Assembly (NCBI GenBank): GCA_964019335.1
Contig: OZ025671.1
Coordinates: forward strand, 186,001-250,000
Origin: Diplonema japonicum
Taxonomy: Eukaryota; Protista; Euglenozoa: Diplonemea
DNA: 64,000 bases
Direction: 5' to 3'
Positions 34,268 to 43,417 of this stretch are shown in pieces; position 1 is the stretch's first letter; each line of letters starts with the position of its first letter. A program made the translations under genes and the position numbers. Below the pieces are notes generated by a model. The model saw only the letters and a program-made list of their open reading frames with translations. It did no database searches and was not told the origin of the DNA.

Positions 34268-34482
34268 TGAAATACCTGTTGAACTCGCTTCACAGACTGC
34301 TCGTCGAATTCCGCGGCGCCCTGGTCGGCAAACCGGCTTCTTTGCTCTGTTTTCTTTTCCGCAGCTTTTTGCTTTTTATCCGCTTTGTCCTGTTTTTTTT
34401 TCTCTTTTTATTTTCTTCTTTTTTTTCTTCGTACCTTATTCAAGATTTTCTTTTTTATCGCAAACATTTGCTTTCGCCCCAT
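33789..34482 (-). CDS. FCF1: rRNA-processing PIN nuclease Fcf1/Utp24 (200 aa; introns 34390-34434, 34230-34275)
   Basis: [21 protein letters not shown]...YADDCIV...[24 protein letters not shown]. Two poly(A) introns add [20 protein letters not shown]...KRVQQ in frame. Confidence 0.95.
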
Positions 34483-34828
34483 TTTGAGTGTTGTTGGTTC
34501 TTTTCTTCTTTTTCTTCTTCTTTTTTTTCTTTTACCTAGAGATTCTTTTTTTTTTTCGAGGCAGTGTCAAATGAAAATACCAAGAAAGTCGAGGGATAAG
34601 CAGCACCATTATCAAATGAAAAAGAAAAATAGAAAGAAGAAAAAAAGGAAGAAAAAGATGCTTTTATTGCACTGTTGTTGACCGCTTTCTTTTTTTTCTT
34701 CTTCTTTTGCTTTTCTGCTTTAGTTCACTTTTTTTGCTCTCTTGCCTTCAGACGCTGGGTTCGGCCTCTTCTTCTTTTCCGTGGGCTGAATCACCTTTTT
34801 TGATTTTTTTTTTATTAGAAAAAAAAGA

Positions 34829-34868
34829 TTCACTATGATAGGAACGAAGTGGTTAGCAACGGCCCGCC
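34829..34868 (-). repeat. 40-bp dispersed repeat, copy 3
   Basis: Identical to copy 1; A-rich flanks on the + strand. Confidence 0.9.
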
Positions 34869-35512
34869 GCAATAAAAAAAAAAAAAAAGGAAAAGTGCAC
34901 TCTCCCCCATGGAAAAAAAAAAGTCAATGTCCCTACTAAAGAGAGGGGGGATACACTAAATGAAACTCTTTTTCATCACAAGCGAGGGAAAATAAAGTTT
35001 TCGATAAGTTTCAGTGTTTCAGGGGCGAGCGTTCACTGTTGAATTCACGCCCTGCGGTTGCCCAGTGTCTGCGGTGGCTGTTTGTCGCGAAGAGGTGCGC
35101 GGCGCCTGGGCGAGAAACTTTGCTGCATACCCTTTGGGATGCGACCCAAGAGATATCACATTCTACTTGCTCCCCGTTTCAAACACAAAAAAACTCAAAT
35201 TAGCATGCAAGCTCCCCGAGACGAAGCTGCATGCCCTAAAAAGGGGGGTGGGGTATGGTCAGTACTAGGTAGCTCTCAGTTTCGGTCAAATCTAGCGACT
35301 CCTCCAGGTGCTGACCTCTTCAGGCGAGAGGCATGGCTCCTACTAGCTTCCCAGCAGGTTTGGTGAATACTTTTCCCGACCACAATAAAAAAAAAAAACT
35401 GGAAGAAAAAAAAGGCGTCTTGAGGACCCCCTTTTAAAAAAAAAAAAGAAACCTCCACTCTTCAAAGGGATAGGAAGAAGGTGGTCAAAAAAAAAGTGCT
35501 GAAAAATGCAGT

Positions 35513-35540
<28 letters not shown>

Positions 35541-35546
<6 letters not shown>

Positions 35547-37136
35547 CACCTTGGATAAAAAAGCAAGGATTTCACCACTGTTGGCTGACGGGAACTCGAC
35601 CTGGAAATCCAACTGCTTCTTGTACGCCTCCCGAACGTCTTTGCCATTGATCTTCAGCGAGGTCTGTTAATTTTCCCTTTTCCCCCCCCCCCCCTCTCCT
35701 ATTCATACCATGAGCACATCCCCCTTCACACACGGCTTTAGATCAGGCAGCGCTGATAAGAGCTCGTCACGCTTCACTTGCTGTATCAAGTGTCTTCCCG
35801 GTACTTCACTACCAAAGCATTTAATCGAAGAAATTACAGCGGCCTGCTTCCAGTAGTACTGAACTATCTGCTCCCCTTCATTATCGTACTTCAGAATCGC
35901 CTGTTGCATAGCAGTTGTAAGCACAGTCCGGTTAGACTGTGGAAGCGGTGTGCTGGGGTGAGGCGTGCCTTTGCCTTCAAGATGGTCTAGATCTAGCTCC
36001 CAACCTTTTTCTTCCGGTAGTTCCCGGCCGCTGCCTATTGTACCTTCATTGTTCTTCCAAAATGAGGTGAACGTTGAAACCGAATTGAGAATGAGTAGCA
36101 CGACCTCGGTAGTCCGTCTTGACAGCTTAAGCCCGTTGGTGATTACCGATTGCAAGAAAGGCTCTAACTTGGGATGATTGGGGAGCTTCGATTCATCGAG
36201 GTTTAACAGCATAGTTGCAATGCACCCTTCCAAACCGAGAATGTCGGACATATTGGCGACATGTTTTGAACCCTCATTCCATTCTTCTTCGGTGAACCCT
36301 ACGGGGGTGGCGGTGAGAACGTTGCCTTTCTTGTCGCATTTGCACGATTCGAAGATCACGTCATAGATGCCGAAATCATGAAAAACCTTCAAACACCTTC
36401 CTGGGCTCGGCCCTGTAAGCATCTTCTTCAGCTCGATTCCGACCCTCTCCCTGGATACTTTCTTTTTCAACGATTCATGAATTTCCTTGTCGCGAGCGGC
36501 TTGTACTATATCACCATGGACCTCGCAGTCGAATCGTGCTGCGAACCGCACACATCTTAACAGCCTTAAAGGATCATCGTGAAATGTAATCGATGGGTCT
36601 AAGGGTGTACGGACAACTTTCTTTTCTAAATCAACCAAACCAGATGTAAAATCCTCCACCTCTTCAGTGTGTAGGTTGTAGAACAGGGCGTTGATGGTGA
36701 GGTCGCGTCTTCGCGCGTCTTCCAATGGTGTTCCTGGGCGGACGACAGGGATTCTGCTGTCGGCGTAGTCCTCGGCTCTGAGGTTCACCAAGTCAATTGC
36801 TTCGCCAAAAATGTGTGTTGTTGCGGTCTCAAGGTGTTTGGACTGTTCAGGGTTGACCTTTATGACTCCTACGTGGTGGGTTTCCATGTCATGCTCTACC
36901 TGGTATTTTGTTATGTATGAAGCGAACATCTCTCCTGTCATGGCCTTGCCGTCCACGTCGCCCTCTAAGGCGACGTCGATATCGTTGGAGACCTTGCGCA
37001 GCATCCTGTCTCTGACCCAGCCCCCGGCTACCCTTAGGGTGCAATTCAGTTTGTATCTGTCGTTGACGGCCAACAGCAATTTGAATATTCTTGATTCAAG
37101 CTCTGTTGCGCCGAGAGGGAGTAGCGATCGTTGCAT
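35541..37136 (-). CDS. CCA1: CCA tRNA nucleotidyltransferase, class II (516 aa; intron 35664-35708)
   Basis: LRVAGGWVRD...DID, NPEQSKHLETA, DLVNLRAE, EDARRRDLTINALFYN, DDPLRLLRCVRFAAR, KVSRERVGIE. A 45-nt purine-rich intron adds the last exon TSLKINGKDV...LSKVV*. Confidence 0.93.
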
Positions 37137-37681
37137 TTTTTCTTCTTTTTTTTTTCTTTTTTTTTCTCCCCTCCTCTCCCCCCACGTTCTCTGTTTTTTC
37201 TTTGGTTTTAAAGTATTTTTTTTTTTGACCCCCTCAAGATTTTGACACGGTTACATTGAACATTTAATAAAAAAAAAAAAAAAAAGTGAGAGGAAGAATA
37301 TGGGGATGGGGGAGACAAGAATGAGCGGAGGAGAAGAGGACTAAATGAAAGAAAGGGATACTAGGAGGAATTAAAAATGGCAGGGATTTAAAAAAAAAAA
37401 AAGAAGAAGACAAGAAATGGAGATTCGGAAGAAAAAAGAAGAAGAAGAAGAAAAAGAAACAGAAAACGTTAATGCCGCGCGCTTTTCTTTTTAAGAAGCG
37501 AGGAGGGCCTTGTCCCCCCCCCTCAGTATTCGCAGCTCGGAAAGACATAATTGTGGGATCAGTTACAGTGGGGGTCATGCAGCATGCGACACAGTGGCCA
37601 CCCTTGTGAAGCTTCACTTTGAAGCCTCCCAAGTCCCCTGTGGTCGCGTAGGGGGTAAAATTGAGAAAATAAAATTAAAAA

Positions 37682-37714
37682 TTCACTATGGTAGGAAACA
37701 AAGCGGCTTAGCAA
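37682..37714 (-). repeat. 40-bp dispersed repeat, diverged copy 4
   Basis: TTCACTATGGTAGGAAACAAAGCGGCTTAGCAA aligns with copy 1 with several substitutions and indels. Confidence 0.6.
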
Positions 37715-38977
37715 GGAAGAGCTTAACTTGTGGGAATGAATCACCCTTTCTTCAGAAACGAGAAAAAGAAAAGAAAAAAAAAAACCGCGATGCTTTGCTA
37801 GATTCCTCCTACAAAAAAAAAAAAAGAAAATTCGAAAACAGCTTATTAGGGGTAATTTTTCTCGCTCTTTTTTTTTTTTTTTTTTTGTTTTGAAGGTCTT
37901 TCTTTGGTTCTTTTCTCTAAAGCTTATTTTTCTTTTTTTTTTTTTTTCTTCTTCCAGAAATCCTTGTTCAAATTATCTCCTTTTTTTAATTAAGATATTC
38001 AAGCCGGCAAAAAAAAAAAGATTTCTTCGAAAAGGGAGGATCAGAGGTAAATGGAAAATGTTTTTTTTTTTTCTTTCTTTCCATAGAAGATGAAATTTCT
38101 CAACAAAAGGCCTTCAATCAAAATCCTTTCTTATTTACTTCTTTTTTTTTTTTAATTTCTCTTTTGTTTTGAGTCCTCTGTATCTCCTGCCTTTTCTCTT
38201 TATTTGCGCGGTGTCAAGGGGGTGGAGGTAAGACGAACAAGGATAAAAAAAAGAAAATTCAAAAAAAAAAAGAAAGAAAAACTATTTTAAAAAAAGAAAT
38301 GAAAAGAAGATAATTTTTTTCTTCTTTACGGGTAACCCTCAAAAAAAAATGAAAAAAAAGAGTTGGCGATGGTTGTTTGTGTCAGCAAGCAAGCACTCGG
38401 GTATATTGGTAAAGAGGAAATGGCCGTTGTTTGTACGTGCTTGGTAGAAACCTGGAGAAGTTTAAAACACGTAATTGGGTTGCCAATGTTCTTCCTGTTT
38501 TGTATAGACAAGTCAAATAAAATTGCAAAAGCGAAACAAAGAAAAGAAGAAAATTAGAATTACAATAAATAAAAGAAATGGAGCAAAGTTATTTTTCTTT
38601 TTTTTTTTTTTTTTGCGGTGTTGTTTTACATTTCCCCTTTGGATAAATACCATGTATTCGACTTCTTAGGGAAGGGGAAAAAAAAAGGGGGGGGGAAACC
38701 AAAAAAAAAACACACACATGCCCAACATTCCTATTCTCCTTTTTTTTCTTTTTTTGAAAAATTTACCATTTATTATCACTCCCAGGGGGAAAATGAAAAA
38801 AAGGGGGGGGGGGGAAACACGTTTTAGTACACCGGACGGGGCCCGACGACTGCGTTCGATTCCTCTTAAAAAAAAAAAAAAAAAAGAGCCTTTTCCCCAT
38901 TCCAACCGGTAATGGAAATCACCCCTCCCTCTTATCAACATTCCTTACCCTCTCCCGGGTTTCCATTCCTTTTTTTT

Positions 38978-41416
38978 TTAAGCCTCTTTTTTGTCCATTT
39001 TGAGAACGTCCTCTTCCCACCTTTGGAGGGTAAGCTGTGCAGCTTCCTCAAAATCGTAGCAAGGGGTGTAGTTAAGGAGTTTTTTGGCTTTCTCTCCACA
39101 AGTAGAGAAGGTCATGGCAGCAGTGTCAAGACAAGCAGGGGTCATGATGTCAAGGCTGATTGAGGCGAGAGTGATGTGTCCCTTAGTGATGTAATGAATG
39201 GCCTCTACGACTGCGGCAATGATCCAGAGGAGGCGAACAGGAGGCCGGACACAGACACCGACCCTGAAGCGAGCGTAGTGTCTGAAGGTGGCAACCATCT
39301 CACGGTAGCTACGTGACTCACCTGGGGAGATGTTGAAGGCTTCGCCAGCGACCTTAGTATCCCTTTCGTTGAGCCTGGCCTCGCCCTTGAGCAACCCAAG
39401 CACCACCTCGTCAACGTACACCCAGTCAAGCTTCACATCAATGGGCACAACAAGGATAGGGACCGTGAAGACGCGCTCCGCGATCTGTTTGTCCTTCGCC
39501 CCGAACACCCCAGAGCACGGTCTGCAGGCCACTGTCATCATACCCTTGTTGTCGTTCGCCTTGCATACCATCTGTTCCGCTTCTGCCTTTGTCCATGAGT
39601 AGTGGTTGTGCGACACAGCTCTTGTCGCGTACGGGCACGTCTCGTCCATCTTCCCGTCTTTGCCGTGTTTTTTCTCGAAGTCTGCGATCAGTTTCGGTGT
39701 GCACATCACATTCGAAGTACTTGTCTGGACAAAGGTCGTGACGCCAGCCCTCTTCGCCTCCTCCAGCACGATCCTCGTGCCGTCGATGTTCACCCTCGAC
39801 GTCGTTATCGCTTGGAAGTCCAGCCTCTCCCAGAACCTTATCATCGCGAACGTTGTGATAACTGTTTCGACACCTTTCATCGCCTGCGCCACTTCGTCCT
39901 TTTTGCACACGTTGCCCTTGATGTACGTCACGTGAGGGTTCCCCTCCCACGGGTTGTGCGGCGAGATGTCGAACGCGCGAATCTTCGTTTCGCCCCTCTC
40001 GAGTAGCTTTTCCACCAGACGCTGTCCCACAAAGCCCACACCCACCACTAGGTACTGCCTGCCTGTACGCGGGCAGTCAGCACTGGCTTTCTCCCATGAC
40101 TTCTCCTTGAAGGACCCCCACGGTGCCTTGGGTGGGATCACAGACGGGCGGACCTCACGGACTTCTGCAGGCCACATCAACACAACGAAGATGAAGAACC
40201 CTACACCGCCACCGATCCACGCCGCAGGCATGGCCACGAAGATGGTGAGGAACCCAATAGCGGAGAGGGGGATGACAGGCATCTGCCCTTCAACCTGGCC
40301 CTCTTGCTTGTAAGCACGGTTGCTGCTCGAGTCGGACCAGGTCTGCTCAAAGAGGACACCGAAGCCGAACCACGAGGCGTAGGACAGCAGAACGAGAGTG
40401 TGCACGGAAGACCATGGGGACGTGGCAGCCTCGGTGACGGCTTCCACACCAGCGAAGATCTCTGCGAAGCTCACGACGTGCTCAACACGAGCGCTGAGCG
40501 CGAAGGAGACCCATTGGAAGAACACCGTCGAGAAGAGGGTGATGAGGATTGTCAGCACTGACAGGTTCCAGTTCTTCCTCATGTTGCTCTTATTGCCGCG
40601 GCCGCAAGGGATTGAGTACAGCAGCTTGTTCATGGCGGAGCACGTTACAATACCCAACACGAGTGTCAGGGTGTGAGTGCCCGATGCAAGCTTCGAGAAG
40701 GAGTCTGGGCGTGTGATGGTCGCCTCGCTGAACGTTGTGCCGAACAAGCCTGCAAGCACCGAGAAGCGGGAGCAGTAGTTCCACAGCGGGACGCAACCGA
40801 ACCTGAAGAAGACGATCGATGACACGTAGAAGACGCAGATACGCGGGAGGTACCTTGCCACCACCGCGGGCACGACACCGTGGTCCTCCTGACCTAGAGA
40901 AGCGAAGGCCATCGCAGTGGCGAACCACAGCGTCATGTGCATCGTAGCAAGCGCACCGAAGTAAAACGACTCGTCCGCAATGTCCTCTGGGTAGTGGAAC
41001 GCCTTCGCGAAGAACCTGCACCCCACGTAGTTCTGCTCGTAGGTCTCAATCATCAAGAAGAACACAGCAGTGGCGAAGAGGGCGGTCACAAGCAGCCCAA
41101 TGATCAAGCCGACGAAGACGGACTTGATCCTCTTCAGAGAGTTTCCCATTACAACACCGCTCAAAGCTATCCCAGTGTGTACCCCCGCAGCACCAATGAT
41201 GGCGGGCCACCTCAGTTCTTCATCAATCCCAGAGCCAGGGATTAAACCGACCTCCTTGAACCATGCACCTACCCCAAGGTACTCGTGGACAAGCACATCC
41301 TGCCACACGCCAAGAACACAATCCTTGAACCACAGCACGGCTACATAGTATATAGCAGTAAGCTGGAAAATGGTCTGCCACTGGCTTGAGACGTGGCTAG
41401 GAGGTGGGTCGTGCAT
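38978..41416 (-). CDS. 3-beta-HSD / NSDHL(Erg26)-like SDR fused to a large N-terminal multi-TM domain (812 aa)
   Basis: YLVVGVGFVGQRLVEKLL...RAFDI, VNIDGT, TSTSNV, HYSWTKAEAE (YxxxK), RPCSGVFG, DWVYVD, GEAFNIS; preceded by about 420 aa of hydrophobic helices. Confidence 0.85.
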   Translation of the reverse strand: MHDPPPSHVSSQWQTIFQLTAIYYVAVLWFKDCVLGVWQDVLVHEYLGVGAWFKEVGLIPGSGIDEELRWPAIIGAAGVHTGIALSGVVMGNSLKRIKSVFVGLIIGLLVTALFATAVFFLMIETYEQNYVGCRFFAKAFHYPEDIADESFYFGALATMHMTLWFATAMAFASLGQEDHGVVPAVVARYLPRICVFYVSSIVFFRFGCVPLWNYCSRFSVLAGLFGTTFSEATITRPDSFSKLASGTHTLTLVLGIVTCSAMNKLLYSIPCGRGNKSNMRKNWNLSVLTILITLFSTVFFQWVSFALSARVEHVVSFAEIFAGVEAVTEAATSPWSSVHTLVLLSYASWFGFGVLFEQTWSDSSSNRAYKQEGQVEGQMPVIPLSAIGFLTIFVAMPAAWIGGGVGFFIFVVLMWPAEVREVRPSVIPPKAPWGSFKEKSWEKASADCPRTGRQYLVVGVGFVGQRLVEKLLERGETKIRAFDISPHNPWEGNPHVTYIKGNVCKKDEVAQAMKGVETVITTFAMIRFWERLDFQAITTSRVNIDGTRIVLEEAKRAGVTTFVQTSTSNVMCTPKLIADFEKKHGKDGKMDETCPYATRAVSHNHYSWTKAEAEQMVCKANDNKGMMTVACRPCSGVFGAKDKQIAERVFTVPILVVPIDVKLDWVYVDEVVLGLLKGEARLNERDTKVAGEAFNISPGESRSYREMVATFRHYARFRVGVCVRPPVRLLWIIAAVVEAIHYITKGHITLASISLDIMTPACLDTAAMTFSTCGEKAKKLLNYTPCYDFEEAAQLTLQRWEEDVLKMDKKEA

Positions 41417-41591
41417 GGTTGGTACTTTTTTTTTTCTTTTTTTTTTTTCCCTCTTGTAGTTGCGTTTATGAAAAAAAAAGCCCTCTAAGGTAAGAGAAAA
41501 AAAACTGGACAAAGAGGAAGAACAAAAAAAAAAAAGAAGAAAAAGAAATAGAGAGCGGAAAAAAGAAAAAAACAGACCCCCCCACGTTTGC

Positions 41592-42536
41592 TCAACGGGG
41601 GGACGCTGGTGCAGACGACTTTTTCTTGATGTTGTTGTCGTGCGCAAAGCGGAGGAAGGCGTTCAGCGGGGGAAGATAAGGGTGTATATGGGTACGTATG
41701 AAAGATGAGTGGATGGTGGGAGTTGCAAGAGGGAAGATCGCGAACATGTCTTCATAACAGAAACAGTACAGCGTCTGAGTAGCAGAGAGGGTGTGCGAGA
41801 GGTAGGTGATAGAGCTCGGTGACGACGAATAGTGAATCCGCGACAAAGTAAGCAAGAGACGATGCACGGCGGCAATGTGGAGACTTTCTTCTCGCTTTAA
41901 CTCTGTCGCCAGAACGGTTAGGATATTGGTGCCGAGGAGCTCCTTCATGTTCTCCTCCACGTCTGCTTTACTCAATGTGACTGCCGATGGAGGCTTTCTT
42001 GCTGCAGCTAGCAACTCAGGACACCTGCTACTCAACACCCAGTCACAGGTTCCAATCATACAAATAGCTTTCGCTAAGCTGCTGTTCAGCTTTTCTATTG
42101 CACTCCACACCACATCTGCGATAACTGGCCGCATCAGCTTCTTAAGAGAACGTACGATGCCTGATGCAGTTTTCTGAATTGCGTCTGCGTGGTTTTGTAT
42201 AAAGACCCCTGTCAGCCCTGTGGCTATGTCCTCCATGGTCTCTTCTGGTATGCTTTCCTCGAAGATAGTCACGGTTAGGAGATTGTTTTCAGGAGCTTCT
42301 CGGATCACCATCACCGACCCCCCTCCCGACACGCATCGCACCGTCGCATTCCCAGTTGCCATCAAATCGTTCGTCTTCATTTTGAACGCGCTCATCAACC
42401 CCGACAAGTTCATCGCATGCATCCGTGCATCGCACCCTTCCCTTGTGTCCAGGTCAGCCAACCCAAACCCCGCCCGCCACATCACATGGTGCACTGGTGA
42501 CCCTGTTGTCGTCTCTATGAACACCACGCCATTCAT
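41592..42536 (-). CDS. Hypothetical protein with longin-like N-terminal domain
   Basis: 314-aa ORF; VVFIETTTGSPV...AMNLSGLMSAF...SVMVIRE..NNLLTVTIF pattern suggests a longin/roadblock fold. The ORF is well supported; the family is not. Confidence 0.6.
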   Translation of the reverse strand: MNGVVFIETTTGSPVHHVMWRAGFGLADLDTREGCDARMHAMNLSGLMSAFKMKTNDLMATGNATVRCVSGGGSVMVIREAPENNLLTVTIFEESIPEETMEDIATGLTGVFIQNHADAIQKTASGIVRSLKKLMRPVIADVVWSAIEKLNSSLAKAICMIGTCDWVLSSRCPELLAAARKPPSAVTLSKADVEENMKELLGTNILTVLATELKREESLHIAAVHRLLLTLSRIHYSSSPSSITYLSHTLSATQTLYCFCYEDMFAIFPLATPTIHSSFIRTHIHPYLPPLNAFLRFAHDNNIKKKSSAPASPR

Positions 42537-42600
42537 CGCCTGCTATGGGGGATTTCAGTGAGAAAATATAAAAAAGAGAATCTCGTAAAAAAAAAAAAAA

Positions 42601-43384
42601 CTATTCTTTTAAGGTATGCGTTGCTCACCGGCCGCGCTGTACTTAGTCCCCGTTGTCCCCGTTCTGGGGGCTCTGGCGGGTTCCTACTGCGGTGGTAAAA
42701 CTGCGGGGCAGCCTTGTCGGGGTCTGCGACAGGTACGTGTCACGCAAGCCTTCGATGCTGCTCATGGTTCGCTCCGGGAATACTGGCTCCTGTCATACCC
42801 GTGTGTGGTCGGTCCTCCTATACAGCGCAGGGAGTTGACGCGATCCACTCGCGCTGCTGGGAACGCCGTCCTTCTGCCATCAGCGTGGTACAGGTCCTGG
42901 ACACGTCTCAGCACACCTCAGCCTCCTTGCCGTGACGGCCAGGTCCTCCACCTTGCCCACTTCCCCGCCGTCGTCTAGCGGCAGCTCCGTCTCCCGCTCG
43001 AAGTCGAGGGCAAGCTCCAGCGTCGTAACCGTCGTGTGCCGTCCAGGGGCGTCATCCCACAGCAAGCCACTCAGCCACCTCAGCACCGGCCCCAGCAGCC
43101 TGTCCATCACCTTCCCCGATGCTCCCAGCCCACGTAATTCGGCCACCGTCGGCGTCGGGTGTGCCCTTCCCGTCACGACCACCCGCCACGGGTATGTCTG
43201 CGTCTGCAATGCGCGGTTCGCTTCCACCGCCGTATCCCTCAGTGTGACCACCTCCAGCAGGTACCTTTGCACCAACAGGGCCCTCGGCTTGTCTTGGCAT
43301 CCCCTGGGCACTATCCCGTGGAGCGCCGTCGCGTTCGGCATGGTCGCCGGGTCGAGACTCGCACTCTGCCTTGCAGAGACAGAC
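42601..43384 (-). mobile_element. 5'-truncated, frameshifted non-LTR retroelement remnant
   Basis: GC-rich block between A-runs (+ strand). PVLRWLSGLLW...VTTLELALDFE, then after a frameshift AFPAARVDRVNSLRCIGGPTTHGYDR/PVF, aligns with the 28497-29084 element. Confidence 0.65.
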
Positions 43385-43417
43385 AAAAAAAAAAAAAAAA
43401 AAAAAGACGCCTTACTT

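Noticed and set aside
9744-34868. CRISPR repeats or spliced-leader RNA genes for the 40-bp repeat
   Set aside because: Copies are kilobases apart with no spacer array, and there is no resemblance to the euglenozoan SL (..CAGTTTCTGTACT..TTG|GT).
38825-38868. tRNA-like GTTCGATTCC (also GGTCGATCCC near 62865)
   Set aside because: No cloverleaf or A-box can be built around either.
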